Assembly (NCBI GenBank): GCA_963665095.1
Contig: OY762069.1
Span: forward strand, 2,400,001 to 2,464,000
DNA length: 64,000 nucleotides
Direction of reading: 5' to 3'
Source of the DNA: an uncultured Desulfobacter sp.
GTDB taxonomy: Bacteria; Desulfobacterota; Desulfobacteria; Desulfobacterales; Desulfobacteraceae
Shown: one piece after another, positions 20,472 to 30,551 of the stretch
Layout: each line of letters opens with the position of its first letter
Numbering within the stretch: position 1 is the first letter of the stretch
Position numbers and translations under genes: made by a program
Notes under the pieces: generated by a model
The model's database searches: none
Told to the model about the DNA's origin: nothing
Seen by the model: the letters and a program-made list of their open reading frames with translations, nothing else

Positions 20472-20830
20472 ACCAGACGGCGGCTTTTGCCCCGGACAGG
20501 CAGAAGGCAAAGGAGATCAGGGAAGAGGAGGTTGGCGGCGGTGCGGGGTCCTGGAAAATCACCAATGCAGTCAGTGCCCACACCAAAGGCGTGGAGCTCG
20601 AGGTCCTATCCCTTCCCACCCGGCATCTGGAACTGTTCGCAGGCCTTGGATATACCCGGGCTGAAATTGACGACGGACAGGCACGTTGAACGGTGCCGCC
20701 AAGGATTGCAGCGGCTGTATCCTGCCCTGGGCCCCGGATCTCACCGCAAACGCAGGCATCTCCTATACCAGTGACAGCGGCTGGTATGCCACGGTCCACC
20801 TGTTTCTGGCCGGAAAGCAGTATACTCAAC
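20468..20830 (+). pseudogene. internal remnant of a TonB-dependent receptor
   Basis: WKITNAVSAHTKGVELEV..LFAGLGYTRAEIDD, stop, then PDLTANAGISYTSDSGWY. Confidence 0.75.
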
Positions 20831-20961
20831 CTCCTCTGATCCAACCAAATTGAGTTTTGAATATCAAACATATTCAAAAAATATGAAATTTTATTGACTT
20901 CACTAATATAATTTTATATTTGAAATCTTTGCGGTGTTACGGCGTAAAAATGGAGGCAGGC

Positions 20962-21636
20962 TTGAAAAAAGGACCAGACCGGGATGTGTTTAACGGAGAG
21001 ATGTCCGGCCATTATCGTGAAATGCTCGAGTGTGGTGTGTCAAGACAGATTGCGCCTGAGTCCTTTCTGTTCCATGAGGGGTCGGATGCCGACACCTGTT
21101 ACCTGGTGACCCGGGGACTGCTTAAACTGTCAAAACTCGATGACCGCGGCAGAGAGGTCATTATCCGCTACGTCTCCCCCGGTGAGATGACTGCGACCCC
21201 GGTGGTGCTCAAGGGCGGCGTTTACCCGGTAACCGCCAGGGCCATGGAGCCTGCACAGGTCATTGCCTGGGACAGGGCCGGATTTTTGAACCTTACCCGG
21301 AAATATCCTGAAATGGTTCTGGATCTTGTTTTTATGGTTTTCGACCGCCAGGCCCAGATGCTGGAACGATTTCTTGCCCGAAGTTCCGAGCAGACGCCCC
21401 AGCGCATTGCAAGGCTGATGATCACGCTGATGGCCGACGCCGGACGGGAAAGCGAGGCCGGCATACACATAGGGATTCCTTTAAGCCGCCAGAACATTGC
21501 CGACTATATCGGTGCTTCCATGTACACGGTCAGCCGCATTATCAGCTCCTGGGAAAAATCCGGGTGGGTGACATCCTCGCGAAAGCGCATTACCGTCAAT
21601 GATCCCCAGGCACTGGCAGCCCTTGTCAACGGTTGA
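20962..21636 (+). CDS. Crp/Fnr family transcriptional regulator, NnrR-like
   Basis: LFHEG, YPVTA, PLSRQNIADYIGASMYTVSRIISSWE; no N-terminal FNR Cys cluster; start TTG 20962 after GGAGG (ATG 20950 alternative). Confidence 0.88.
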   Translation: MKKGPDRDVFNGEMSGHYREMLECGVSRQIAPESFLFHEGSDADTCYLVTRGLLKLSKLDDRGREVIIRYVSPGEMTATPVVLKGGVYPVTARAMEPAQVIAWDRAGFLNLTRKYPEMVLDLVFMVFDRQAQMLERFLARSSEQTPQRIARLMITLMADAGRESEAGIHIGIPLSRQNIADYIGASMYTVSRIISSWEKSGWVTSSRKRITVNDPQALAALVNG

Positions 21637-21832
21637 TATACGGTGAAAAATAATCCGCCCGTGTATTTTCCCTTCTTTTCCTGACCTACCCCTGACTGTT
21701 GGGACCATATCGCCAAAGGCACCATCTTTCTTCTTCCGGCAATTTTTTTTGCCCCTTCAGTACAAGTCTTTTTCATTTCTATTATTTTGTCATAGCTAAT
21801 TTTTTTTAAAGTTTTAAAAAAAATTTGTCAAA

Positions 21833-21875
21833 ACTTGCTCCAGCGCAAAGACAGCCTTAAAAAGCCGGATATAAT
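21833..21875 (+). promoter_or_regulatory. NnrR-type box and TATAAT -10 (class II activated promoter)
   Basis: ACTTGCT-CCAG-CGCAAAG 21833-21850 (TTGC-N6-GCAA core); TATAAT 21870-21875. Confidence 0.7.
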
Positions 21876-21920
21876 ACAACCTCAATGTCACCAATGAAAA
21901 GAAAAAAAGAGAGGCGCACC

Positions 21921-24900
21921 ATGATGTTAGGCCCGGCTTTAGGCATTGATGCGGGCACGTCCGCCATAAAACTGGTTGTCACAGATTCAGGCAACAGCCT
22001 TTCATACTCTGTTTACCGGCCACATGGCGGGACGCCGGGGGCCTGCCTGAAGGCCATGCTGTCAAAGGCGGCCGCCCGCTTCCCCACGGCCCGGATCGCC
22101 ATGACAGGTTCTTTGGCCCACAGCATTGCAGGGGCCTTGACAGGCGGAAAAAACAGCCTTCCCCTGTTCCTTGCGGATACGATTCCCGCCGCGGTAAACG
22201 GGTGCCGGGCCATGGCGCCCGAAGCAGGGTGCATCATGGAGATCGGGGCGGCCAGGGCCGTTTTTATCACCGGAATTTCAAATGATAATCCGGCCCAGGT
22301 AAAATTTTTTTTCAACTCCAGCTGTTCTGCCGGGACCGGATCTTTCCTGGAAGAGCAGGCAAGGCGGTTGAATATCCCTTTGGAATCGTTGTCTGAACAG
22401 ACCCGGAAAGCCACCCGGATACTTCCCATTGCCGGCCGATGCTCGGTGTTTTCCAAAACCGACATGATCCATTTTCAGCAGGACGGGGCCGGGACACCGG
22501 ACATTCTTCTGGGGCTGATCCATGCCATGGTGCGCAACTACAGGGCCAATGTGGTTAAGCGCAACCCCATTGCCGGGCCCGTATTCTTAGCCGGCCGGGT
22601 CATGGAGGTCCACGGCATCATTGACGCCCTGTCAAAAACATTTGGATTAGACTCCCAGGCATTTATTTTCTGCAGGGACCATTCATACGCCAATGCCTTT
22701 GGCGCAGCCCTGGCAATGCCCCCGGACACCCCGCCAATGAAAATTCCACAATTATGCCGCCTTCTTGACACAGGGTCCCGGACACCGGCCGCCGTTCTTA
22801 CGGCAGCCCCCCTGGCCCCTTTCGGAACCAATGATTCCCAAGGAAGGCACCCGTGTAAAAAAAACGGCTCCCCCGTGTCAGGCTACCTTGGGGTGGATGT
22901 GGGCTCCACATCCACCAACCTTGTGCTGATCAGCCCGGAAAAGGAAGTGTTACGCCTTTTATACCTTCGAACCCGGGGAACACCCCTGGATACTGTCAAG
23001 TCGGGCCTGGATCAAATCAGGCGGGAACTGGGACCGAATTTTTCCATCCTTGCTGCGGGCGTGACCGGGTCCGGCCGCAGCCTTGCAGGCAGATTTCTTA
23101 AAGCAGACCTGGTGGTCAACGAAATCACGGCCCAGGCCGAAGGCGCCCTGTTCCGGCACCCCGAGGCCGACACCATCCTTGAAATCGGGGGCCAGGATTC
23201 CAAGTTCATCCGCCTTGAAAACCAGGTGGTCACCCATTTTGAAATGAACCGCATCTGTGCGGCCGGGACCGGTTCTTTCCTGGAAGAGCAGGCCGCAAAA
23301 ATCGGCGTGGATATCCGGAATTTCGGTCCTCTGGCCCTCACGGCCCAAACGCCTCTGGACCTTGGGGAACGCTGCACGGTATTTATCGAGGGGGCCTTGT
23401 CAAACGCCCTGGGACGCCGGGAGGACAAGGCCGACATTGTTGCAGGCCTTGCCTACAGCATTGTACGCAACTACCTGACCCGGGTGGTGGCGGACCATCC
23501 CCTGGGGAACCATATTTTCCTGCAGGGCGGGATTGCATATAACCAGGGTGTGGTCAATGCCTTTCGCTCCCTTTTGGGGCGCCCGGTGACCGTCACCCCC
23601 TATTTTAGCGTGACCGGCGCCCTTGGGGCGGCCCTTCTGACCCGGTCCGGACATGTTTCAGGAAAAAGCCGCGCACCGGAAAAGGGTCTTTCACAACCGG
23701 CCGGTCCAAACACGAAAGACCGCCCAAAGGTTCCCGATATCTGGGCGGAATCCAGAGAATTGTTCATAAAAGACTACCAGCCCCACCGTTTTCCGGGGCG
23801 GCCAACCATCGGGATTCCAAGGGTGTTGTTTTTGCACAAGCTGTTTGTTCTGTTCAACCTGTTTTTTACCCGGCTTGGGTTCAATGTTCTCATCTCAGAG
23901 CCCACCACCCGGGAGATGGTTGACAAAAGCCGGGAGACCGCAATGGAGGAGACCTGCTACCCGGTCAAACTGGTCAACGGCCATGTTCAGGATCTGCTGG
24001 AAAAAGGGGTGGACTATATTTTCCTGCCCCGGATATTTACCATGAAGCACTCCGACTCCTGGTCGAGAAAAGATTATGGCTGCCTCTATTTTCAGACAGC
24101 GGCCCAGCTTGCCGGTTACGCCCTTGACCTGGAGGCCCGGGGCGTTTCGTTGCTCACCCCGGCCATTTCATTCAAGCTTGGGCCCCGGTATGTTGCAAAA
24201 ACCATTATTGATCTGGGCAAGGAGCTGGGGCAGTCCCGGCTGGCTACGATTTTGGCCATGCAAAAGGCTGCCCTGGGGTTTATGGGCTATAACCGTGCTC
24301 TGCACCGCTTGGGAAAACAATATCTCAAGGCCCTGCCAGCGGGTGAACCGGTGTTTGTCATCATTACCCGGCCATACGGCATCAACGATCCAGTACTCAA
24401 TATGTCAGTGCCTGAACACCTGTCATCCATGGGATACCACACCATGCCCCTTTTTGTGCTTGAGCCCGAGACCAATGGGCTTGACCAGGATTATCCCAAC
24501 ATGTACTGGCCCTTTGGCCAGCATATCCTGGCCGGCGCCAGGAAAATACGGCAGACCCCCAACCTTTTTGCCGTTTACCTGACCAATCACGGCTGCGGGC
24601 CGGATACGGCGCTGCTCCATCTTTTCCGAAAGGAGATGGCAGGCAAACCCTTTCTCCATCTTGAGGTGGACGAGCATGCATCCCGGGTGGGCGTAATCAC
24701 ACGGCTTGAGGCCTTTGTCCTAAGCTTTGACAAAAAAAAGGTGGCTGAAACCCAAGCCCTGCCGCCGGCAGGACTGCTGTGTGAGCCTGACAAAAAGGTG
24801 CCGCTGTATATTCCACACCTTTTTCCCTATGCCGACCTGGCCTGTGCCGTGTTATCGGAAAAAGGGTTTGCCGCCCGGGTCCTGCCGCCTTTGGATGCAG

Positions 24901-25874
24901 ACAGCCTTGCCCATGGCCGCAGCCTGGGCGTGGCCAAGGAGTACCTGTCCTTTATCAGCCTCATGGGCAATGCGAAAAAACAGGCGATAAAGGGCAATGG
25001 AAGGCCCCAGACCCTTGTGATCCCCCAGACCGAAGGGGCTGAAGTGGAAGGCCTTTACGCCCGGGCAATCTCATCCCTGCTCTCTGAAGAGTTTCCCGAA
25101 ACCCGGATCTTTTCACCCTTTCTGGAAGATATTGTCACTGCTTCGGATTTTTTTGACCGGTTTTTCCTGCCATTGATGGCCGCCGACATCATCCGCTCCG
25201 GACCGGTCCGAAACCTGGAAAAAAACCTGGGCCATGTTCTGACGTCTGTCAGTGTCCTGACCGAAGATGCCGTTATTGATCTGGCCGCTGAAACAGCCGG
25301 TCAAACGGCTGATCCAGGAAAGACAGAAGCGCTGACGCTGCTGGTCACAGGGGAACCGGCGGTGGTGTTCTCGGAGTTTAACCATCAGTTTCTCCTGGAA
25401 GCGGTGCACGCCAGAATCCTGTGGCAGCCTTTATCCGAAGTGCTTTACCTGTTGTGGGAAGACTGGAACCACCGCCGCCGGGATCCCGTGGTGATCAAGC
25501 ACCTGGCCTGGTGCCGGAAACTCATGGTCCGGGTGGCCGGGGTCCTGGGCCCCTGCAGCGCCTTTGAACCCGACCCCGGGCTTTTAAAACCTGCCGCAGA
25601 CAGCATCCTGGAAATGTTTACCGGGGGCAACGGCCGCTACCGCATGGCCAAACGATTCACCCGGACAGCTCCCAACGGCATTGTTGAAATGGGGTCAGCC
25701 TATGAAAACACAGGGATTATCACCCGGCAGCTGGCCGAAACCAGACCGGCCGGGATTCCGGTTCTAAGCCTGGTCTTTGACGGCAGTGCCCACAACAAAA
25801 ATGCCGAGCTTCTGCGAAATTTCATCTATTACCTGTCCGGGGCTCACAGGCAGGCCGCCAAAACAAACGACTAA
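21921..25874 (+). CDS. acyl-CoA dehydratase activase-like protein (2x BadF/BcrAD ASKHA ATPase + DUF2229)
   Basis: GIDAGT and GVDVGSTST, CSAGTGSFLEEQA and CAAGTGSFLEEQA, RCSVF and RCTVF, ETCYPVK, HGCGPD, EVDEH. Confidence 0.92.
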   Translation: MMLGPALGIDAGTSAIKLVVTDSGNSLSYSVYRPHGGTPGACLKAMLSKAAARFPTARIAMTGSLAHSIAGALTGGKNSLPLFLADTIPAAVNGCRAMAPEAGCIMEIGAARAVFITGISNDNPAQVKFFFNSSCSAGTGSFLEEQARRLNIPLESLSEQTRKATRILPIAGRCSVFSKTDMIHFQQDGAGTPDILLGLIHAMVRNYRANVVKRNPIAGPVFLAGRVMEVHGIIDALSKTFGLDSQAFIFCRDHSYANAFGAALAMPPDTPPMKIPQLCRLLDTGSRTPAAVLTAAPLAPFGTNDSQGRHPCKKNGSPVSGYLGVDVGSTSTNLVLISPEKEVLRLLYLRTRGTPLDTVKSGLDQIRRELGPNFSILAAGVTGSGRSLAGRFLKADLVVNEITAQAEGALFRHPEADTILEIGGQDSKFIRLENQVVTHFEMNRICAAGTGSFLEEQAAKIGVDIRNFGPLALTAQTPLDLGERCTVFIEGALSNALGRREDKADIVAGLAYSIVRNYLTRVVADHPLGNHIFLQGGIAYNQGVVNAFRSLLGRPVTVTPYFSVTGALGAALLTRSGHVSGKSRAPEKGLSQPAGPNTKDRPKVPDIWAESRELFIKDYQPHRFPGRPTIGIPRVLFLHKLFVLFNLFFTRLGFNVLISEPTTREMVDKSRETAMEETCYPVKLVNGHVQDLLEKGVDYIFLPRIFTMKHSDSWSRKDYGCLYFQTAAQLAGYALDLEARGVSLLTPAISFKLGPRYVAKTIIDLGKELGQSRLATILAMQKAALGFMGYNRALHRLGKQYLKALPAGEPVFVIITRPYGINDPVLNMSVPEHLSSMGYHTMPLFVLEPETNGLDQDYPNMYWPFGQHILAGARKIRQTPNLFAVYLTNHGCGPDTALLHLFRKEMAGKPFLHLEVDEHASRVGVITRLEAFVLSFDKKKVAETQALPPAGLLCEPDKKVPLYIPHLFPYADLACAVLSEKGFAARVLPPLDADSLAHGRSLGVAKEYLSFISLMGNAKKQAIKGNGRPQTLVIPQTEGAEVEGLYARAISSLLSEEFPETRIFSPFLEDIVTASDFFDRFFLPLMAADIIRSGPVRNLEKNLGHVLTSVSVLTEDAVIDLAAETAGQTADPGKTEALTLLVTGEPAVVFSEFNHQFLLEAVHARILWQPLSEVLYLLWEDWNHRRRDPVVIKHLAWCRKLMVRVAGVLGPCSAFEPDPGLLKPAADSILEMFTGGNGRYRMAKRFTRTAPNGIVEMGSAYENTGIITRQLAETRPAGIPVLSLVFDGSAHNKNAELLRNFIYYLSGAHRQAAKTND

Positions 25875-26003
25875 TTTTAATAATTCTTGACTTATTTTTT
25901 AAGGAATGATTAATAAATTGACTTTCAAGCAACAAAGTATTTTTCGATCTCTAATCCAGGGACCGTTTAACCGGTGCCCGCAAAGGAATACAGGTGGTGT
26001 TTC

Positions 26004-26705
26004 ATGAAGATAATAACCATAGCCGGCACCCCTTCTTCGGGTAAAACAGCCGTGGTTTCAGCACTTGCCCGGTTGTACCGGGCCCGGGACATTCAAGTTG
26101 CGGCAGTCAAATTTGACGCCCTGGCCACCACGGATGACGTCTGGTTCCGGGAGCGGGTGGGGATACCTGCCATCAAGGGGCTGGGGGCATACATCTGCCC
26201 GGATCACTTTTATGTGTCCAATCTTGAAGAGGCGGCACAATGGGGCTGGGACCAGGAGGCCCGAATCCTTTTTATGGAAACCGCCGGACTGTGCCTGCGG
26301 TGCGCCCCCCATATTGAAACCATACCCGCGGTAACGGTGACCGATCTTCTGGCCGGCATGGACGCCCCTGAAAAGATGGGGCCGTTGTTAAGCCTGGCCG
26401 ACGTGGTGGTGGTCACCAAGGCGGATATGGTTTCCCAGGCCGAAAAAGAGGTCTTTATCCACGGCATTGAAAAGGTCAATCCCAGTGCCCGAATTTTCCA
26501 GGTTAACGGGCTTACCGGGTCCGGTGCCCTGCCCTTGAAACGGCTCATGGATACCTGGCCTGAACATAATGACCTGACCGGTTTGAGCCTTAGATACGCC
26601 ATGCCCGCCTCTGTGTGTTCCTATTGCACCGGGGAGACGCGGATCGGGTCACAGTTCCAGTCAGGTAATGTGACTAAAATGTCAATTAACGGGGGCGGGC
26701 AATGA
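26004..26705 (+). CDS. HypB/UreG/CobW-like (G3E) GTP-binding protein
   Basis: GTPSSGKT, CPDHF, ETAGLCLRC, TKAD, CSYC. Confidence 0.88.
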   Translation: MKIITIAGTPSSGKTAVVSALARLYRARDIQVAAVKFDALATTDDVWFRERVGIPAIKGLGAYICPDHFYVSNLEEAAQWGWDQEARILFMETAGLCLRCAPHIETIPAVTVTDLLAGMDAPEKMGPLLSLADVVVVTKADMVSQAEKEVFIHGIEKVNPSARIFQVNGLTGSGALPLKRLMDTWPEHNDLTGLSLRYAMPASVCSYCTGETRIGSQFQSGNVTKMSINGGGQ

Positions 26706-27553
26706 ACCGTACTGCAAAACAAAGATCACAGCAGGGCCGGCCGGTGCAATACCTGAAAGGCAGGCCCATGGGGTTTGGCATCGAAATATCAGGGGGCACC
26801 TGCAAGGACGGCTCGCCCGAGCCCCTGGACCATGTGCATATCGCCCCGGGAGAAAGCGTTGCCATTATCGGGCCCACCGGCTCCGGAAAGAGCCAGCTGC
26901 TGTCGGACATTGAGCAGGCGGCCTGCGGGGATACGGTATCAGCAAGGCATGTGAGCATTAAAAACGGGCGGCCGGGCAATGATCCGGCAGACCCGGCGGA
27001 CCGCCCCGGCCCCATGTCTCCGGGGACAGGGCTGGTGGCCCAGCTCACCCAGAAAACCTCCTTTATCATGGACTGCACGGTGGAAAGGTTTCTGAAACTT
27101 CATGCCCTAAGCCGGCACCGCACAGAGCCGGGCCTGACGGACATGGTCCTTGAAAAGGCAAATGCCCTGAGCGGAGAGCCCATATCGGCGGACACCAATC
27201 TGCAGGTGCTCAGCGGGGGACAGTCCCGGGCCCTGATGATTGCCGATATCGCCTGTATCTCAGACTCCCCGGTGGTGCTTATTGATGAAATTGAAAACGC
27301 CGGTATTGACAAGCTGGCGGCCCTGAAAATCCTCAGTGACAGCCAAAAACCCATCCTCATCGCCACCCATGATCCCGTGCTGATGCTCATGGCCGACAAA
27401 AGGCTTGTAATGGCCAAAGGGGGCATGTCAAAGCTTTTGTCCGTGACTCCCGGCGAGCAGGCATCCCTTGGGCAGCTGAAAAAAATGGACCGGGCCATGA
27501 CCCTGGCAAGGGAGCAACTTCGTTCCGGACAACCTTTAAACGTGCAAATGTAA
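26702..27553 (+). CDS. ABC-type ATPase
   Basis: GPTGSGKS, LSGGQ, LIDE, ATHD. Confidence 0.92.
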   Translation: MNRTAKQRSQQGRPVQYLKGRPMGFGIEISGGTCKDGSPEPLDHVHIAPGESVAIIGPTGSGKSQLLSDIEQAACGDTVSARHVSIKNGRPGNDPADPADRPGPMSPGTGLVAQLTQKTSFIMDCTVERFLKLHALSRHRTEPGLTDMVLEKANALSGEPISADTNLQVLSGGQSRALMIADIACISDSPVVLIDEIENAGIDKLAALKILSDSQKPILIATHDPVLMLMADKRLVMAKGGMSKLLSVTPGEQASLGQLKKMDRAMTLAREQLRSGQPLNVQM

Positions 27554-27577
27554 TTGTGCTTAATTTCAGGAGATGTT

Positions 27578-28453
27578 ATGGCAGACATCCATTTGGCTAT
27601 CCCACCGAATATCCTGCGCAAAACCGCAGATGACCTGAAGGTGAAATTCCCGGACATCACCATCAGGCCCCACCAGACCCATTCCGAAATGGCGGCCTTT
27701 TTTGCCGATGATTTTGGTGACCTTGAAAAGACCGCGGACCTGACCCTGGCAGCCTACCCTTCAGCCCTGACCAACTGCATGACCCAAAAGGAGGGCGGTA
27801 TTTTCCAGGCCATGCCCCATGATCTGCCAGCGCTGTGTCCATACCTGGCCGGGGCCGGGTTTGGCGAATCCACCCCGTTTTACCGGGTGGTGGCCGTGGT
27901 GACCCTGGTGTTTATTGCAAACCGGCAGATTGACCCCTTTCCCAAATCCTGGCGGGACCTTTGCGGGCAAGCGTTGCGGGACAAGGTCGTGATCCCGCCC
28001 GAAGAGACCCCGGCACCGGCGCTCTATGCCTACTACATGGAAAAATTTTTCCAGGAAATCGGCCGCAGGGCCGCCCGGGCGGTTCACCAAAACCTTTTAC
28101 CCCAGCAGATCAATGTGGCCGTAGACCTGGGCCGGTATGCGGCAGGAATGGTTTTTCCCGCCTTTGCCCGGACCTTTCGCTCGGGGAACGCGGCCATGGT
28201 CTGGCCTGAAGAGGGGGCCCTGACCCTGCCCCTCCTGGCCTTTTTAAAAAAAGGTGCCCCGGCTGCGGCCAAGGCCGTACTGGCCTTTGTGATGGGGCAT
28301 GAATACCAGAGCTTTCTTTCTTCCAGCGGCCTTTTTTGCCCCATTCGGGAGGATGTGCCGAAATTTGAAGAACTTGAAGATGAAAACAACAGGTTAAACT
28401 GGATGGGATGGCCGGATTATTGTGCCATGGCCCAGTTCAATGCATATAAATAA
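27578..28453 (+). CDS. substrate-binding-protein fold (AfuA/PotD-like) without signal peptide
   Basis: PKSWRDL, VWPEEGALTLP, FCP motifs; AGGAG RBS; no hydrophobic leader. Confidence 0.75.
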   Translation: MADIHLAIPPNILRKTADDLKVKFPDITIRPHQTHSEMAAFFADDFGDLEKTADLTLAAYPSALTNCMTQKEGGIFQAMPHDLPALCPYLAGAGFGESTPFYRVVAVVTLVFIANRQIDPFPKSWRDLCGQALRDKVVIPPEETPAPALYAYYMEKFFQEIGRRAARAVHQNLLPQQINVAVDLGRYAAGMVFPAFARTFRSGNAAMVWPEEGALTLPLLAFLKKGAPAAAKAVLAFVMGHEYQSFLSSSGLFCPIREDVPKFEELEDENNRLNWMGWPDYCAMAQFNAYK

Positions 28454-28465
28454 AGGAGAAAAAAA

Positions 28466-30550
28466 ATGAACCGGTTTCAACGTATGCTCATAACAGGTTT
28501 GGTATTATTCCTGCTCCAGGCCCCCGGGACAGTCTGTGCGCAAAACAGTGAAGAGGTATCAGATCAGGACCATGAAGCTGTCAATGTGGATGAACTTCTG
28601 GTCACGGCAAGGGGGGTGGAAAGCCAGGTGTCCCAAACACCCGGAGGAACGGCCGCCATGGATGCCCAACAACTTTACCAGGCCCAGGACCCCAGCATCA
28701 CCAACACCCTGACCCGGATCCCCGGGGTGGACAAATCCTCGGATTCGGCCTGGGGCTCAGCCATCAACATCAGGGGCCTTGGACGAAACCACGTGGTGTT
28801 TCTCATTGACGGGTGCAGGGTCAACACGGCAACAGATGTCAATGCCCAGTTCGGACTTATCAATTCATACGAGGTGGAACGTATTGAAATCCTGAAAGGG
28901 CCGGTATCTGCCCTCTACGGATCCGGAGCCATGGGCGGGGTGGTCAACGTGATCACAAAAAAAGGCTATTTTTCCGATGAGACTACCAGTGAAACCAGCC
29001 TGGGAGCAAGCTTTGGCACAAACCCGGAAGGGTTCAGTCTCTTTGGTGACACCCGGGTGAACACCCCCGACTTCTGGATTTACGGTGCGGCATCCCGGCG
29101 GGATTATGACTCCTATGAAAACGGGGATGGGGACACCCAGGCAAACAGCCAGTTTGAAGATTACAGCGGCAGCTTGAAAGCCGGTTACAAGTGGAATGAA
29201 AAAAACATCACAGATATCAACATTCAATATATGAAAGGAGAGGATATCGGTATCCCCGGCAAGGGGCTTTCCCTGCCGACAGGCCCGACCATCACCTATC
29301 CGGATACAGACCGGACCCTGGTGAGCCTGACCCACAAATTTACACCCGAAGACAGCATCCTGACCGCATCCGACCTCAACCTTTTTTACCAGGAGATTGA
29401 CCGGAATGTGGAGATGGTGTTCCCGGCAGGGTCTGCGGCCACCAGCATCAATCCATCGGCCAACCACAAGTCCTTTGGCGGCAAATGGCAGAATGTCATC
29501 GGCCTGGCTTCCCAGACCATTGTCACGGGCCTGGATGTCTGGACCTGGGAGATCGAGTCCACCCGGGAAAAAAATCTGGCCTCGGGCCTTACCGGCATTG
29601 ACACCCCCCTGGCCGATGCCAAACAGCTTTCGGCAGGGCTTTTCCTGGAAGACGATATTCAGATCGGGCAACCTTTTGTCCTGAACCTGGGCGGCCGTGT
29701 GGACTATATCAGCGCCAAAAGTGACCCGCTGTACAACTGGATCACTCCGCCGTCTGCCAGGATTCCCGTCACCCTGATCCGGGATGGGGAGGATAACGAT
29801 GATGTGAGCTGGGATGCCCATGCAGGCCTTACCTGGGACATATCCTCACCCTGGTCCATGACCCTGCTGGGTGCTTTTTCATACAGGGCCCCGGACCTGA
29901 TGGACAGGTACAAATATGTCGCCTTTACCGGCGGTGCCACCTATGGAAATCCCGATCTTGATCCCGAGCGCTCCTCGTTCATTGAATACGGGATTCATTA
30001 CCGTACCCCGAAAATTTCCTTTTCCGGCTCTGTCTATGCCAATTATTTAAAGGATATGATCGCATCAAGGCTCAAGGACGCCGCAACAAATACCTACCAG
30101 ATGGAAAATATTGACAAGGCAAGGCTGTATGGCGGAGAGCTTGAGGCAAAATACCGTCCCGTTGAAAAATGGGAGATTTACGCCGGCATCGCCTATGTCA
30201 GGGGGACTGATGAGACAGATGATTCCAACCTGTCTATGATCCCGCCCCTTAACGGTATTGCGGGCGTAAGCTTTGCTCAGGGCGACAAGGGATTCTGGGC
30301 AGACTGCAACCTGACCTGGGCAGACCGCCAGGACAAGGTGGCCTCGGGCGAACAGGAGACCGCAGGTTGGGCCACGGTTAATGCCAAAGCCGGCTACAAA
30401 TTTGATTGCGGCAGATTCGGCCATGATATCATGATGGGCGTGGATAATATTTTTGATGCCCAGTATGCCAACCACCTGTCAACGACCCGGTCCGTTCTCT
30501 TGGCCGAGCCCGGTGTAAATATTTACGCGGCCTACAGGGTGACCTTCTAA
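28466..30550 (+). CDS. TonB-dependent receptor (heme/B12-like clade, ligand unknown)
   Basis: ELLVTARG, ERIEILKGPVSALYGSGAMGGVVNVIT, YRAP...NPDLDPE, C-terminal Phe. Confidence 0.93.
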   Translation: MNRFQRMLITGLVLFLLQAPGTVCAQNSEEVSDQDHEAVNVDELLVTARGVESQVSQTPGGTAAMDAQQLYQAQDPSITNTLTRIPGVDKSSDSAWGSAINIRGLGRNHVVFLIDGCRVNTATDVNAQFGLINSYEVERIEILKGPVSALYGSGAMGGVVNVITKKGYFSDETTSETSLGASFGTNPEGFSLFGDTRVNTPDFWIYGAASRRDYDSYENGDGDTQANSQFEDYSGSLKAGYKWNEKNITDINIQYMKGEDIGIPGKGLSLPTGPTITYPDTDRTLVSLTHKFTPEDSILTASDLNLFYQEIDRNVEMVFPAGSAATSINPSANHKSFGGKWQNVIGLASQTIVTGLDVWTWEIESTREKNLASGLTGIDTPLADAKQLSAGLFLEDDIQIGQPFVLNLGGRVDYISAKSDPLYNWITPPSARIPVTLIRDGEDNDDVSWDAHAGLTWDISSPWSMTLLGAFSYRAPDLMDRYKYVAFTGGATYGNPDLDPERSSFIEYGIHYRTPKISFSGSVYANYLKDMIASRLKDAATNTYQMENIDKARLYGGELEAKYRPVEKWEIYAGIAYVRGTDETDDSNLSMIPPLNGIAGVSFAQGDKGFWADCNLTWADRQDKVASGEQETAGWATVNAKAGYKFDCGRFGHDIMMGVDNIFDAQYANHLSTTRSVLLAEPGVNIYAAYRVTF

Positions 30551-30551
30551 A

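Noticed and set aside
28865..29821. 318-aa minus-strand ORF (similarly 6686-7528, 40229-41074, 44276-45106, 47084-47878, 59779-60603)
   Set aside because: Antisense shadows of well-supported genes
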